Below are positions 1 to 10,198 of a stretch of DNA of 64,000 nucleotides, one piece after another (position 1 is the stretch's first letter; every line of letters begins with the position of its first letter). The stretch spans positions 278 through 64,277 of the forward strand of contig JAHFQV010000007.1 of the NCBI GenBank assembly GCA_023259175.1, written 5' to 3'. The stretch comes from Oxalobacteraceae bacterium (GTDB lineage Bacteria > Pseudomonadota > Gammaproteobacteria > Burkholderiales > Burkholderiaceae_D). A model generated the notes under the pieces. That model searched no databases and was not told the origin of the DNA. It worked only from the letters and a program-made list of their open reading frames with translations. The translations under genes and the position numbers were made by a program.

Positions 1-2
1 TG

Positions 3-386
3 TTGTCCGCGTTTCAGATGGATAGGACGCAAGGTGAATGGTTGGCTGCGGCACAGGCTTTATTTGATTACGTTTTAGGTCGCAATCCCAATCAAATGAG
101 TTTTGTCACCGGTTTTGGCACGCGCTCCCCGCGTTTAATTCATCACCGACCCTCGGCGGCCGATGGTATTGACGCGCCTATTCCCGGATTTTTGGTGGGT
201 GGCCCGACTTTGGCGGATCGTAATGATTGTGGGGCAAGCGCCTATCCATCGGCATTGCCAGCCAAATCCTACCTCGATGCGATGTGTAGTTATTCGACCA
301 ATGAGGTGGCCATCAATTGGAACGCGGCCTTGGTTTTTGTGAGTACAGGTTTGATTGTGATGAGCCCAGTCGGCGTGGGGCAGTAG
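3..386 (+). CDS. Glycoside hydrolase family 9 (endoglucanase/cellulase), C-terminal part; 5' end outside window
   Basis: DYVLGRNP, SFVTGFG, HHRPS and YSTNEVAINWNAAL match GH9 signature regions, including the catalytic Glu in NEVAIN. Confidence 0.85.
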   Translation: MSAFQMDRTQGEWLAAAQALFDYVLGRNPNQMSFVTGFGTRSPRLIHHRPSAADGIDAPIPGFLVGGPTLADRNDCGASAYPSALPAKSYLDAMCSYSTNEVAINWNAALVFVSTGLIVMSPVGVGQ

Positions 387-595
387 AAGGGCGGTTGTAG
401 GTACTAAGGAAGGTAAAGCTCCTCAACACGGAGGAAAATCGAGAACGTCGATATTGGACAGTCTTTTGGGTTTGTATTTGATTTTTTTCTGGAAAAGAAA
501 TAATGTATTTGCTGTATTTTGTGGTTTTGCGGTATGTTGTCGCATACCGTGGCAAAAGAGGGTGGGACGATTTTCTTGAGATCTAGAAAGGTTTT

Positions 596-1237
596 ATGAC
601 AATACAAATTCTTAGTTCGCAAATTGCTACGCTCGCGCCCAAGGCGCTGGCCAGTTACCTTGCTGCTTTTGGCGTGGCGCAGGCTGCGTTTGATAAGCAT
701 GGTATTTCTGCGAATGCTTTGCGCGTGGCGCATTTTATGGCGCAAGTTTTGCACGAAAGCGGGGCGTTGGGGTTGGAGTACGAAAATCTGAGTTATAGCG
801 CTGAACGCCTTCCTGTGGTTTGGCCTAGTCGTTTTAAACCTAAGGGGCCGCTCGATCCAGCACAATATGCGCGCAACCCTGAAGCCCTGGCCAATGAAGT
901 GTATGGCGGTCGGATGAATAATACGGCACCGGGGGATGGCTTTCGTTATCGCGGTCGCGGTTTATTGCAGTTGACGGGCAAAGACAGCTATGCTCAAGCG
1001 ACTACTATGGTGCGACAATTTACTCCCGATAGTGCCGATTTTGTTGCGGATCCAGATCAAGTTGTCAGTACGCTTTGGTGCGTGGAAGTGGCTGCCGCCA
1101 TTTGGGATGCCAAGGCTTGCAATGCATTGGCAGATCAAGACAATATTGAAGCGATTACCAAGAAAATTAATGGCGGCACGGTCGGTTTGCCAGAGCGTCA
1201 GCAGTGGTTGGTGCGCACGAAGGCGGTATGGCCTTGA
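596..1237 (+). CDS. Glycoside hydrolase family 19, phage-endolysin (lysozyme) type
   Basis: AHFMAQVLHESG, ENLSYSAERL, DGFRYRGRGLLQLTGKDSY and KKINGG motifs; no signal peptide; AGAAAGG RBS upstream. Confidence 0.85.
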   Translation: MTIQILSSQIATLAPKALASYLAAFGVAQAAFDKHGISANALRVAHFMAQVLHESGALGLEYENLSYSAERLPVVWPSRFKPKGPLDPAQYARNPEALANEVYGGRMNNTAPGDGFRYRGRGLLQLTGKDSYAQATTMVRQFTPDSADFVADPDQVVSTLWCVEVAAAIWDAKACNALADQDNIEAITKKINGGTVGLPERQQWLVRTKAVWP

Positions 1238-1246
1238 TGGCGTATT

Positions 1247-2149
1247 TTAGTCGAGTTGATTGGCATTGAAACGATTAATGCAATCACGTATTGCTGGCAA
1301 TAACTCACTGGCACTCATGCCGATAGGACCTATGCCTGCTGCGAGCAAATGATCGGCGGCTTGGCCGTGGATAAAGCAGGCAGAGATGGCGGCGTCATTG
1401 AGTGCGCTGTTCGGCAAGGTGGCCGCATGGCTAGCCATGCTTTGCGCCCACAAGGCAGCACATAGACCAGCAAGTACGTCACCTGTTCCGGCGCTGGCGA
1501 GACCGGGATTGCCAGTCGGATTGAGCCATAGCTGTTGCTCAAGATCGGCGATTAAGCTTCCTGCCCCTTTGAGAATAATGTGTGCACCAAATCGTCGTGC
1601 AAGTTCCAATGCGGCGCTTGGGCGATCTGCTTGCACCGTGTTGACCTCGGTTTGCAATAGACGGGCTGCTTCCAAGGGATGCGGCGTGAGTAATGTGTGA
1701 TGGCCTGCGGCCCGACGAGCGCTGAGATTGCTTTGTAAATTTGCTGAGGCGGCGATTAAATTAAGCGCATCGGCATCGAGTACCAAATAGCGTGTTTCAA
1801 CTAGTCGTCGACAGAGCTCCATTTGCGCGTGAGCGGACGTGCCCAAACCGGGGCCGAGCACATGTACCGCGAGTGGATGCTGCATTTCTTCGGCTTTTCC
1901 TAGCATTAATTCTGGATGCAAAAGGTCAACATGGGGAATGGCATGGTCGGCGCAAATAAAGCCCACATAGACGCGTCCAGCGCCCGCAAAAAGCGCGCAG
2001 CGTGCGGCTAACAAGGCGGCTCCGAGCATGCGTTCCGCGCCGCCTATCACCAGCACCTCACCATGATTTCCTTTATGGCTTTCTGCTTTGCGCTTGGGTA
2101 ATTTGGACGCGATTTGGTGGGCGTCGATTGTGCGTGGCTTGACCGTCAT
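1247..2149 (-). CDS. nnrD: ADP-dependent NAD(P)H-hydrate dehydratase (YjeF C-terminal domain only)
   Basis: SHKGNHGEVLVIGG, GPGLG, LVLDADALN, LTPHPLEAARL, ILKGAGS, LASAGTGDVLAG motifs. Confidence 0.9.
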   Translation of the reverse strand: MTVKPRTIDAHQIASKLPKRKAESHKGNHGEVLVIGGAERMLGAALLAARCALFAGAGRVYVGFICADHAIPHVDLLHPELMLGKAEEMQHPLAVHVLGPGLGTSAHAQMELCRRLVETRYLVLDADALNLIAASANLQSNLSARRAAGHHTLLTPHPLEAARLLQTEVNTVQADRPSAALELARRFGAHIILKGAGSLIADLEQQLWLNPTGNPGLASAGTGDVLAGLCAALWAQSMASHAATLPNSALNDAAISACFIHGQAADHLLAAGIGPIGMSASELLPAIRDCINRFNANQLD

Positions 2150-2916
2150 AGCAGGGTTTGAATAAATACGAGTGCGCTCTGAAAAATCTGTTCGATGGGT
2201 TTTACGAAATAAGCTAGGCTCAAATTGAGCATTAAAAAACCGAGTCCTATCGTAATGGGAAAACCAATTCCGAATAAATTTAATTGCGGCGCGGCGCGGG
2301 TGAGGATGCCAAGGGCGACGTTTGCAATCAAGAGTGCGGCCACGATAGGTAGCGATAATAACACACCGATCTTAAAAACCTCTTCGCCCCAAAGCACCAG
2401 CTTAATCACCTGAAAATGTCCTTGAATGGGGACATCTAAAGGAAAGCTTTGAAAGCTCATGACCAATGCTTGAAAAAGTAAATGATGAATATCGAGTGCG
2501 AGAAAAAGTAGGGTAACTAAGATCACCAAGAGTTGACTAATCGCGCTAGAACGGCCGCGCGTTTGTGGGTCGAAGAAAGTCGCGAATCCTAACCCCATCG
2601 TCAAACCAGATATTTCACCCGCCATTTCAACACCTGCGAAAACCAGTCGAATCACAAAGCCCATCGCTAAACCGATGATGATCTGTTCGCAGAGTACGAG
2701 TATGCCTGGCAGTGAGAGCATATCGACCGCGTTGGGTGGCGCAATATTAGGCGCGACGATCATCGCCAAGGTGACACCTAATAAGATTTTGCTCGGTACC
2801 GGAATGCTGTTATTGCCTAGAGGCGGCGCGATGGCAATGCAGGCGAGAATACGCGCTAGAGGCCAAAGAAAACCCGCTAGCAAGTTTAGAATTTCCTGAG
2901 TAGAAAAGCTGATCAT
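2146..2916 (-). CDS. fliR: Flagellar export gate protein FliR
   Basis: Hydrophobic 256 aa; EQIIIGLAMG, GLGFATFFDP, RAAPQLNLFGIGFP motifs; position after fliQ. Confidence 0.95.
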   Translation of the reverse strand: MISFSTQEILNLLAGFLWPLARILACIAIAPPLGNNSIPVPSKILLGVTLAMIVAPNIAPPNAVDMLSLPGILVLCEQIIIGLAMGFVIRLVFAGVEMAGEISGLTMGLGFATFFDPQTRGRSSAISQLLVILVTLLFLALDIHHLLFQALVMSFQSFPLDVPIQGHFQVIKLVLWGEEVFKIGVLLSLPIVAALLIANVALGILTRAAPQLNLFGIGFPITIGLGFLMLNLSLAYFVKPIEQIFQSALVFIQTLL

Positions 2917-2928
2917 TTTTTTGAAAAA

Positions 2929-3198
2929 CTAGCCCGCCACGTTCGCAACTCCACTTAAAATTTCGCGTAAATAATCCACTAAAATGGCCAGCATCCAAGG
3001 CCCGGCAATAATCAAGGTGATGAAAATGCCGACCAACTTTGGAATGAAAGAAAGTGTGGTTTCATTGATCTGGGTCGCGGCCTGAAAAATACTCACGAGA
3101 AGTCCAATACCCAATGCCACCAAGAGCAAGGGTGCGGAGATGAGTAAGGTGATTTCCATTGCGTGGCGACCTATGCTCATGACTGAATCGGGGTTCAT
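2929..3198 (-). CDS. fliQ: Flagellar export gate protein FliQ
   Basis: 89 aa; GLLVSIFQAATQINETTLSFIPK. Confidence 0.97.
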   Translation of the reverse strand: MNPDSVMSIGRHAMEITLLISAPLLLVALGIGLLVSIFQAATQINETTLSFIPKLVGIFITLIIAGPWMLAILVDYLREILSGVANVAG

Positions 3199-3221
3199 GA
3201 GATCACTCCTAGTTTCTAGGT

Positions 3222-4007
3222 TTAATAAAAACTACGCGCTAAAGAACCAATTAATAACTGCCAACCATCGACCAAAACGAAAAGCATAATTTTGAAAGGC
3301 AGCGAAACAACCGAGGGTGATACCATCATCATTCCCATCGCCATTAAGACGCTCGCTACCACCATATCGATGATGAGGAAGGGAATAAAAATCGCAAAAC
3401 TGATTTGAAATGCAGTCTTCAATTCGCTGGTCATAAAGGCGGGCACTAAGACGCGTAGCGGCGTTTCTTCGGGAGTTTGTAGTTGCGGTGTATTGGAGAG
3501 TTTGACATACAGTGCGATGTCACTTTCGCGGGTTTGCCTGAGCATGAATTGCTTGAGTGGTTCAGCACCATTTTCCAAGGCTTTTTGTAGTGTGATTTTA
3601 TTTTCAGTTAGAGGTTGGTAAGCGTCGACATATATTTTGTCGATGACCGGACCCATGACGAATAAGGTGAGAAACAGCGATAGACCCACCAAGACTTGAT
3701 TCGGTGGTGCTGATTGCGTACCCAAGGCTTGCCGCAACAAGGAGAGGACGATGATGATGCGGGTAAAGCTAGTCATCATCAATAGTGCGGCAGGGATGAA
3801 GGAGAGCGCGCTTAAAAAAATCAGCGTCTGCACACTCAAAGAATAATTTTGCCCTCCATTTGAATTGCTGCTCGTGGAAATAACCGGTAGCCCACTAGCA
3901 GCTTGAGCCCATACTTCATTCGGCGCGATCAATAGCGTCAGCAATAACAGCGTCAGTAGCAACAGGCTGTTCGCTGAAAAAGGGACTGATGTCGATGGGG
4001 ATTTCAT
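3222..4007 (-). CDS. fliP: Flagellar export gate protein FliP
   Basis: [51 protein letters not shown]. Confidence 0.97.
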   Translation of the reverse strand: MKSPSTSVPFSANSLLLLTLLLLTLLIAPNEVWAQAASGLPVISTSSNSNGGQNYSLSVQTLIFLSALSFIPAALLMMTSFTRIIIVLSLLRQALGTQSAPPNQVLVGLSLFLTLFVMGPVIDKIYVDAYQPLTENKITLQKALENGAEPLKQFMLRQTRESDIALYVKLSNTPQLQTPEETPLRVLVPAFMTSELKTAFQISFAIFIPFLIIDMVVASVLMAMGMMMVSPSVVSLPFKIMLFVLVDGWQLLIGSLARSFY

Positions 4008-4439
4008 TTAGTGTGGCTCGCTGTTTTGTTTTTCCAGCGTTTTTTTTAGCCACTGCGAAAACGCAATTTCTTTTGAATGTGCGACTGGCGTTTCGCTTTC
4101 CTGTTTGGGGAGACTATGTAAAGTGTTGATGCTCTGTGCGCTGACACCGAGCACCAACCATTGATCGGCCACTTCAATGATTACAATTCGTTCTCGCTGG
4201 CCGATAGACAGGCTAGCGACGAGTTTGAGGCCTAGCTTGTTGTTCGTTTGCAGCGGTGCCCAGCGTTTCACAATAAAAGCCAAGAACAGCATGAGTCCGA
4301 TCACGATGGCTAAGGCGGAAATGATTTGCGCTAAACCTAGACCGGAGGCCGCGTTGAGCTTGTCGGATTGGGCTAAGGCAACGGGACTGGTCAGTGTTGC
4401 TGTAAAAAATAAAGCGTAAGGTAGGCAAGAGGGGCGCAT
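4008..4439 (-). CDS. fliO: Flagellar export scaffold FliO
   Basis: One TM segment followed by LSIGQRERIVIIEVADQWLVLGVS; synteny fliN-fliO-fliP. Confidence 0.9.
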   Translation of the reverse strand: MRPSCLPYALFFTATLTSPVALAQSDKLNAASGLGLAQIISALAIVIGLMLFLAFIVKRWAPLQTNNKLGLKLVASLSIGQRERIVIIEVADQWLVLGVSAQSINTLHSLPKQESETPVAHSKEIAFSQWLKKTLEKQNSEPH

Positions 4440-4481
4440 GATCTAACTCGCTAGGTCGCGTGGATCGGTTCAGCGTTTCAC

Positions 4482-4913
4482 TTATTTATTGAGCTTGCGT
4501 ATCCGTTCTGCGGGCGTGACGATGTCGGTTAAGCGAATCCCAAATTTATCGTTGACCACCACCACCTCGCCCTGCGCAATTAAACAACCGTTGACCAAGA
4601 CATCCATCGGCTCCCCCGCGAGGCCATCGAGTTCAACCACTGAGCCTTGGGCTAATTGCAGTAAGTTTTTAATAGCGATTTTTGTACGTCCTAATTCGAC
4701 CGTGAGTTGTACTGGAATATCGAGGATAAAATCGATGTCATTATGGGTTTGAGCCTGCGGCCCTTTACTGCCAAAATCTTCAAACAGTCCAACCCCAGGC
4801 GTGGCCGCTGGCGTTGATTTTTTCGTGGCAGCTTCTGCGTCGGCTTTTTCTTGCTCAGCAATGGCCGCACCCCAATCATCTTCGCTGATGGGGTTGTCGT
4901 TGTTGTCATCCAT
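4482..4913 (-). CDS. fliN: Flagellar motor switch protein FliN
   Basis: ILDIPVQLTVELGRT, GEVVVVNDKFGIRLTDI (SpoA domain). Confidence 0.97.
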   Translation of the reverse strand: MDDNNDNPISEDDWGAAIAEQEKADAEAATKKSTPAATPGVGLFEDFGSKGPQAQTHNDIDFILDIPVQLTVELGRTKIAIKNLLQLAQGSVVELDGLAGEPMDVLVNGCLIAQGEVVVVNDKFGIRLTDIVTPAERIRKLNK

Positions 4914-5919
4914 GATTTTCTCCTTGCGCTACCTCGTGTACAACTTCGTTAACGCTGGAACCGAGTAGCTTGTCAACGCGCAGCGCGTATTGACCATTGA
5001 AAATTCCGTATCTGCATTCCATGACGGGCGTGCCATCAACCTTGGCAGAAACAATTTCTGGGACGGAAAGCGGAATAATGTCGCCTTCCTTCATATTGAG
5101 TATGTCGCCCAAAGTGACGCGTGTCGTACCCAGATCGGCGACGATTTCCACTTCGGCGATCTGTATTTGCTGGGTCATTAAACGCACCCAGCGCTTATCA
5201 ATTTCCAGTGTTTCGCCTTGTAAGCTACTGGTGAGCAGATCGCGAATTGGTTCTATCATCGAGTAGGGCATGCACATGTGCATTTCACCGCTGACAGGAC
5301 CCAATTCAATCGTAAACGTCGTTGAGACCACGACTTCATTGGGGGTCGCGATATTGGCAAATTGCGTGTTCATCTCAGAACGGATGTATTCGAATTGCAC
5401 GGGATAGACCGGTTCCCAGGATTTGGCATAGGTCGCATAAATAATTTCGAGTATGCGTTGAATGATGCGCTGTTCTGTCTGCGTGAAATCACGACCCTCG
5501 ACCCGGGTGTGAAAACGGCCATCACCGCCGAACAAGTTATCGACGATAAGGAACACTAAGCCTGGGTCGAGCACAATCAGTGACGTGCCGCGCAGTGGCT
5601 TCATGTGAGTTAAATTGAGGTTGGTAGGAACGACTAGATTACGGATAAATTCACTGTACTTTGAAACCTTGACCGTACCGACCGATACCTCGGCACTGCG
5701 GCGCAAAAAATTGAAAAGACCGATGCGTAAAAGTCGAGCGAAACGCTCATTGATGATTTCCAAGGTTGGCATGCGTCCACGAACGATGCGTTCTTGGGTC
5801 GCCAAGTTATAGGGGCGCACCCCCGAAGTGTCTTCGAGTTTGTCGTTGTCGTCCTGGTCGCCGGTGACGCCCTTGAGTAGCGCATCAACCTCTTCCTGTG
5901 AGAGAAAATTGTCAGACAC
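4906..5919 (-). CDS. fliM: Flagellar motor switch protein FliM
   Basis: N-terminal CheY-binding LSQEEVDALL; RGRMPTLEIINERFARL; GGDG motif; GTG start. Confidence 0.97.
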   Translation of the reverse strand: MSDNFLSQEEVDALLKGVTGDQDDNDKLEDTSGVRPYNLATQERIVRGRMPTLEIINERFARLLRIGLFNFLRRSAEVSVGTVKVSKYSEFIRNLVVPTNLNLTHMKPLRGTSLIVLDPGLVFLIVDNLFGGDGRFHTRVEGRDFTQTEQRIIQRILEIIYATYAKSWEPVYPVQFEYIRSEMNTQFANIATPNEVVVSTTFTIELGPVSGEMHMCMPYSMIEPIRDLLTSSLQGETLEIDKRWVRLMTQQIQIAEVEIVADLGTTRVTLGDILNMKEGDIIPLSVPEIVSAKVDGTPVMECRYGIFNGQYALRVDKLLGSSVNEVVHEVAQGENHG

Positions 5920-5922
5920 GAT

Positions 5923-6429
5923 TCATTGCACAATAAATGAGGTAAAAAATACGCCACTAACCTTTTGTGGTTCGCCTTTGGGTTCAAATGGAACGTTGAC
6001 TTGTTCAATAATCTCGGTGATCAGTTTGTCTTTGCCTTCTGGTGTCAATAATTCAGCGGCATCTTTGCTCGACAATAATAAAATCAAGCGACTCTTAACC
6101 TGAGGGGCATTGCCTTTAATGAGCGCGCTTTGCGCTTCGTCGGGAACTTGCAGTGTCATTTGCAACTGCAAATATTTGTCCCCCGCATCGGATTGTAAAT
6201 TGACGACAAAGGGTTCAAGCGGCAAGAAAACCGGCGGCTTTTGTGGCTCGGTGTGGGCTTCTTTTTCGACTTTTCCATGACCTTTTTTCGACAGGAAAAT
6301 CGCGGCACCACCGCCAATTGCGCCGAGTAAAACGACCGCTGCAACAATGATAATGATGAGCTTTTTCTTGGACTTCCCAGGCGCAGGTGCGGCGCCGTCT
6401 TCAGCCGGTTTTGCAGGTGCTTTTGACAT
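5923..6429 (-). CDS. fliL: Flagellar basal body-associated protein FliL
   Basis: Lys-rich N-terminus, single TM, LEPFVVNL, VFFTSFIVQ C-terminus. Confidence 0.95.
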   Translation of the reverse strand: MSKAPAKPAEDGAAPAPGKSKKKLIIIIVAAVVLLGAIGGGAAIFLSKKGHGKVEKEAHTEPQKPPVFLPLEPFVVNLQSDAGDKYLQLQMTLQVPDEAQSALIKGNAPQVKSRLILLLSSKDAAELLTPEGKDKLITEIIEQVNVPFEPKGEPQKVSGVFFTSFIVQ

Positions 6430-6659
6430 TTTGATCTCTCACTTTTTAAGAGTGTCGATACGCTCAAACTCATTATCGCGCATCGCCAAATTCGTCATCG
6501 CCAAAATAGAATGTGGTTTAGGTGCCAAATCCTAGAAAGACCGAGAAAGTGCCAAACGCTCACGCTCAGAGTCCCTGATTTGATTATAGTGTTGTTTCGC
6601 TGCGGCAACGCTATAAAATTACTGTTTTTGCGCTTGCTCATCCTCCCGCTACAACAGCG

Positions 6660-8267
6660 TCATACAAAAGTATCCACACTGCCGCTACGTTGATTCGTTC
6701 TTTCCTGAATCGAGGTTTGTAGCTTGTCTATGCCTTGTAGCCTTGTTTCGGGAGCCGCTGGACGGGACGCGGTAAAATTAAATGGCGCATCCGGCGATTG
6801 AAATGCTTGCCCTGAATGGGCTTGCGCGCTCACCGAAAACCCAGCTAAAGCAATACCCGCACTGTCTAGCATTTCGCGCAATTGGGGAGCGGCAGCGGAG
6901 ATCGCTTCGCGTACATCCAAATGTGAGGAAACAAAGCTGGCATCGACCTGGCTATTACTGATACTTAAAACGACTTGCAGCGGACCGAGATCGGGTGGAT
7001 TGAGTGTGAGCTGTGCGGACTGTTCACCACCAGCGACCATCCAGGTGATTTTTTGTCCTAGCGCATTGCCCCAGCTTGGGCTGCCAACGCGGGCGGCGAC
7101 GTAGTCGGATGAGGCGACGTTTTTGGCGATTTCGTTGACGACTAGTTGTTGAACTTGGGTATTGGGCGTGGCCAGCTGATCTATGTTTTGCGGTGCTTGG
7201 ATGGCCAGTGATTTTTCATTGCCTCGACTATTTTGTACAGCATCATTGTCTGCACCCGCGCGTTTTACGTCGCCGATGGCATTGAAGTCTAAGCTAGATT
7301 TGCCGCGCGATTTTGCGACGCTCTTGCTGTCGGACTGACTGCTTTCCAATGCACTAAGTTCACCCATTTCGCCCACTTTGGTCGGCTTGAGCTTGCTCGC
7401 TAAATCTGTGTTGACTTTGCCATCGGTGTTCGCTGCAATGCGCGTTTCTGGGTTGCTGTGATTGGCTAAATTTCTTAAGTCACGTAAGTTGGTTTCGTCC
7501 AATTTTCCAATTTCCTGGACGGCTGGGTCGGATGCTGCGAGTGGCTTGATTAGGTCTTTTGCGAGTTTATCGGTGGGGGTTTTTTCTTGCCCGTCTAGTG
7601 AAATTTTGCTCGCTAAGTCGCTTAGCTTGCTAGTGAATTGCCCCCCGTCTTGTTCAAGGCCTTGTTTGCCTGAAGTGAGCAAGTCTGTCGCTATATCGCT
7701 GCTATTCGCGTCCTTAGCTTGAAGCTGATTTTGCAAGGCTAAATTCGCAGAAAAATCTCCTAGCTGTCCTTTGATCGAACGCAGCGCCGCTTGGCTGTCC
7801 TCGCCCGAGCGCATTTGCTTTTTATTGATTTTTTGTAGGCTCGTTGTATCTTTGATGAGGCTCTCTTGCAGGCTGATATTGGTAGGCTGATCTTTAGAAA
7901 ATTCAGCGCTTGTTTTGTTGGCGATATCTTGTAGTAAATTGAGGTTGAGTGCGAGCGCCGACGGGTTGCTAGTATCTGTGCTTTCCTCGTTGGAATTCTC
8001 ATTTTCCGTATCGTCTTCTGCGTCAGCCCTTTGCTTTTCTTTATTGATTTTTTGCGGAACGCTAGCCTCGCTCATGCCTGTATTTTCGCCGCTCTTGCGC
8101 ATCGCGTTGGCGTCATTATGCTCATGCTCTTTTCCAAGGCTTTGATGTTGAGCGACTTCATTTTTTAAAACTTGTTGAAAGCTGTTATTGGTCTTTTGCT
8201 CAGGGGCAGGGGGAGTCATCACTTTATTTTGCGATAGGATTTGGGTGATCAGCATAGTCTTTTCCAT
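6660..8267 (-). CDS. fliK: Flagellar hook-length control protein FliK
   Basis: Long low-complexity N-terminus plus C-terminal WGNALGQKITWM...AQLTLNPPDLGPLQVVL; position after fliJ. Confidence 0.9.
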   Translation of the reverse strand: MEKTMLITQILSQNKVMTPPAPEQKTNNSFQQVLKNEVAQHQSLGKEHEHNDANAMRKSGENTGMSEASVPQKINKEKQRADAEDDTENENSNEESTDTSNPSALALNLNLLQDIANKTSAEFSKDQPTNISLQESLIKDTTSLQKINKKQMRSGEDSQAALRSIKGQLGDFSANLALQNQLQAKDANSSDIATDLLTSGKQGLEQDGGQFTSKLSDLASKISLDGQEKTPTDKLAKDLIKPLAASDPAVQEIGKLDETNLRDLRNLANHSNPETRIAANTDGKVNTDLASKLKPTKVGEMGELSALESSQSDSKSVAKSRGKSSLDFNAIGDVKRAGADNDAVQNSRGNEKSLAIQAPQNIDQLATPNTQVQQLVVNEIAKNVASSDYVAARVGSPSWGNALGQKITWMVAGGEQSAQLTLNPPDLGPLQVVLSISNSQVDASFVSSHLDVREAISAAAPQLREMLDSAGIALAGFSVSAQAHSGQAFQSPDAPFNFTASRPAAPETRLQGIDKLQTSIQERTNQRSGSVDTFV

Positions 8268-8327
8268 GGTCTACTCTCCTTGCCCTAGCTGTGCCGCGCA
8301 TTGGGTTTTGCGGGCACTTCAATTTTG

Positions 8328-8774
8328 TTAGGAATTACGCTTATAGAATAGCTTTCTAGCGGCGAATTCATCGGCTTGCTTCTGCTCTCTTTGTGTGTCT
8401 CTGTGTTCGGCTTGCTTTAGCTGTCGATTTAAAAGCGTTTGATAAGAGAGCCTTACTTTTTCGCTTTCTTGCCAAATTAATCGATAGTGTTCCTGCTTAT
8501 ATTCTGCGTCTTGTAAAATAAGTTTTTGTCCTTCAATTGCGGTATCAAGTTTGCCGATGAAATTTCTAAAATTAAATAATTGAGTCACGGCCAGCCCAGC
8601 CTGGCTTGTGTTTTGAAAACGAAGTTCGTAGTCAATTCGGTATTGGGCGAGCAAATTTAATTGCTCTTTCGCTTCGTTGGCGACGCGGATTGCGTGGCCT
8701 AAATTTTTAGCCGCATTTTCCACGTCCTGCGTTGCAAGTTCCAGTAAAAGTACAAATGACCGCGAATCGACCAT
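8328..8774 (-). CDS. fliJ: Flagellar export protein FliJ
   Basis: 148 aa coiled coil, QYRIDYELRF, NFRNFIGKLDTAI, EQKQADEFA; position after fliI. Confidence 0.92.
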   Translation of the reverse strand: MVDSRSFVLLLELATQDVENAAKNLGHAIRVANEAKEQLNLLAQYRIDYELRFQNTSQAGLAVTQLFNFRNFIGKLDTAIEGQKLILQDAEYKQEHYRLIWQESEKVRLSYQTLLNRQLKQAEHRDTQREQKQADEFAARKLFYKRNS

Positions 8775-8806
8775 TACCAGCTCATTTTATGATTGTTCAT
8801 CGAATT

Positions 8807-10198
8807 TCATCCTGCGAATAGAGCGGAAAGTCCATCCATGCTCTCTGAAATACTCGCCTTTTCCAAGATGTCCTGTTGTAGAAATTGTACAATCCTAGGG
8901 TGGCGTAGAATGGCTTCATCCAAGACAGGATCGGCTCCGGTGACATACGCACCGACATTGATTAAATCGCGACTGCGTTCGTAGCGTGACACCAATTGTT
9001 TGAGGCGACGCGCGAGCGCTTGATGTTCGGGTGTTGTGATGCCGTGCATGGCGCGGCTGATCGATTGTTCTAAGTCGATTGCTGGGTAATGCCCACTGTC
9101 GGACAAGCTGCGATTGAGGATGATATGGCCGTCTAGAATGGCGCGAGCGGCATCGGCAATCGGGTCTTGTGCGTCGTCGCCTTCGGTCAACACGGTGTAG
9201 AAGGCGGTGATCGATCCGCCGCCTACTTTGCCGTTACCTGCACGTTCGACCAAGATCGGCAATTTCGCAAAAACAGAAGGTGGATATCCTTTCGTGGCAG
9301 GCGGTTCGCCGATGGCGAGCGCGACTTCACGTTGCGCCATTGCGTAGCGGGTTAGCGAGTCCATGATTAACAATACGTCTTGGTGCTGATCACGAAAATA
9401 CTCAGCGATTGTGGTGGCATAGGCGGCACCCTGAAGTCGCATCAAAGGCGGTACATCGGCGGGTGCGGCGACCACCACTGCACGCTTAAGTCCCTCTTCA
9501 CCTAAAATTTCCTCGATAAATTCTTTCACCTCGCGACCGCGTTCACCGATTAAGCCAACCACGATCACATCGGCATTGGTGTAACGCGCCATCATGCCTA
9601 ATAAGACGCTTTTACCCACGCCGGAGCCGGCAAATAAACCGAGGCGTTGGCCACGCCCTACGGTGAGCATGCTGTTGATGGCGCGCACCCCGACATCGAG
9701 TTTTTCTTTGATCGGCGCGCGCTGCAAAGGGTTGTAAATGCGAGCACCTAGCGGTGCAAAATGGGTGCTGTGCAGGGGGCCGGCTTGATCCAAAGGGCGA
9801 CCATTGGCATCCAAGACGCGTCCGAGTAGTTCGTAACCCACGGGCAGATGGCGAGTACGGTCGGCCTCGCGGCGCAAGGGATGCTGCCGTGAGCCGAACT
9901 GCCGTATCGGTGCCGGATAGACCGCAGCACCGGGGGTGATGCCTTGCAGATCGCTTTGTGGCATTAAAAAAAGGCGTTCACCATCAAACCCGACGACCTC
10001 AGCTTCAATTTTAATTTTGTTGTGCAGTTGTATCTGGCAGGAAGCTCCGACCGCCAATTGTATTCCGACCACTTCGATGATTAAGCCCGTGACTTTGACG
10101 ACCCGTCCGTAAATTTGCTCGGTCTGGATCTCTTTGATATGCGCGGCTTGGCGTGCGAGATTGCGCGCCCATTCTTTCGCATTGAGTTCAGTTGGCAT
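8807..10198 (-). CDS. fliI: Flagellum-specific export ATPase FliI (start moved to MPTEL)
   Basis: Walker [19 protein letters not shown], Walker [22 protein letters not shown]. Confidence 0.97.
   Translation of the reverse strand: MPTELNAKEWARNLARQAAHIKEIQTEQIYGRVVKVTGLIIEVVGIQLAVGASCQIQLHNKIKIEAEVVGFDGERLFLMPQSDLQGITPGAAVYPAPIRQFGSRQHPLRREADRTRHLPVGYELLGRVLDANGRPLDQAGPLHSTHFAPLGARIYNPLQRAPIKEKLDVGVRAINSMLTVGRGQRLGLFAGSGVGKSVLLGMMARYTNADVIVVGLIGERGREVKEFIEEILGEEGLKRAVVVAAPADVPPLMRLQGAAYATTIAEYFRDQHQDVLLIMDSLTRYAMAQREVALAIGEPPATKGYPPSVFAKLPILVERAGNGKVGGGSITAFYTVLTEGDDAQDPIADAARAILDGHIILNRSLSDSGHYPAIDLEQSISRAMHGITTPEHQALARRLKQLVSRYERSRDLINVGAYVTGADPVLDEAILRHPRIVQFLQQDILEKASISESMDGLSALFAG

Noticed and set aside
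530-575. GGCAAA...GGGACG resembling a c-di-GMP-I riboswitch upstream of GH19
   Set aside because: The two motifs are too close, with no P2 stem/GNRA loop and no GCAAAG or P3 receptor
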